A program made the position numbers and the translations under genes. A model generated the notes under the pieces. It did not search any database and was not told where the DNA came from. It saw only the letters and a program-made list of their open reading frames with translations. DNA of 64,000 nt from contig NW_003314289.1 of NCBI RefSeq assembly GCF_000143415.4, positions 986,787 through 1,050,786 of the forward strand, in the 5' to 3' direction. Shown piece after piece: positions 63,512 to 64,000 of the stretch (the first letter of the stretch is position 1; every line of letters begins with the position of its first letter). The stretch comes from Selaginella moellendorffii. Lineage: Eukaryota > Plantae > Lycopodiophyta.

Positions 63512-64000
63512 TCATTCTCTCGTGTTCTCGTGATCTCGTGATTGAAGAAGATCATGCCAAAGTGGTAGCTCTTCTAAATCTTCGACAGGTGCCTTACAGA
63601 TGAGAAAACGGACAAAGGGGAACGCATTGATGCTTGGATACGCAGAAAACGGCGAGGGTGGTACGCTTACTAGCGGAAATGCAAGCAGCAAAAGTCTGTG
63701 CTCCGAAACTCTTGGAGCTCTCAAAAGCATTGTGTTGCTAAAGAGGAGGGAATACTTAAGAACATACCATCATTGCTGTAAGGAAGAATGGTAAGCTAAG
63801 CGCTTGCGGCGAGTAGGCCACCAACGGGATTTGTGTTTTTAGAAGAGGAAGATAATCGGACAGACGAATCCATTTGCGTTCTCCCCGTGCGAGTTTAGCG
63901 AGGTGATCTATACGTGTCGGGAGCCTTTTGTAAAATCATCCACGGACGGTTTGAAGAGGTCGAGGATGACAAGTTTGCAGGCCGGAAAATGTCGCCTCAG
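63512..64000 (-). CDS. 3' end of an unidentified multi-exon gene extending beyond the window
   Basis: Exon-like blocks RIDHLAKLARGERKWIRLSDYLPLL...FLTAMM (followed by gt) and APVEDLEELPLWHDLLQSRDHENTRE*. Confidence 0.45.

Noticed and set aside
1-64000. tRNA, rRNA or other structured RNA genes
   Set aside because: None recognised by eye. tRNAscan-SE and Infernal would be needed to exclude them.

Overview
Eukaryotic plant genomic DNA with four N gaps (1764-1878, 2234-2586, 9516-9615, 24993-25414). Very short GT-AG introns (~50-60 nt), tiny intergenic spaces, a microbial-type terpene synthase (MTPSL) remnant and an ISN1 gene point to a non-seed land plant, most likely the lycophyte Selaginella (inference). 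Three zones. (1) 1-7 kb: a G-patch/DUF4187 gene, an MTPSL pseudogene and an ISN1 IMP 5'-nucleotidase gene. (2) 7-49.5 kb: a repeat- and pseudogene-rich accessory zone. It holds six copies (one probably an assembly artefact) of an uncharacterised intronless Arg/Ser-rich gene, intron-containing FIP37/WTAP fragments at the centre of a ~4 kb inverted structure, long inverted repeats, a 1.8 kb TG..CA solo-LTR-like insertion, two MITEs with 4-bp TSDs, a decayed Ty3/gypsy pol, an F-box gene, a TLDc gene, and ARF, topoisomerase IA and LRR-RLP remnants. (3) 49.7-64 kb: a dense housekeeping block (coiled-coil gene, AMT2, FKBP16-3, ARP AP-endonuclease, ERD6-like transporter, HemK/PrmC, RBBP5/RBL, and the 3' end of a further gene). 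All protein identifications come from recognising motifs by eye; no searches were run.
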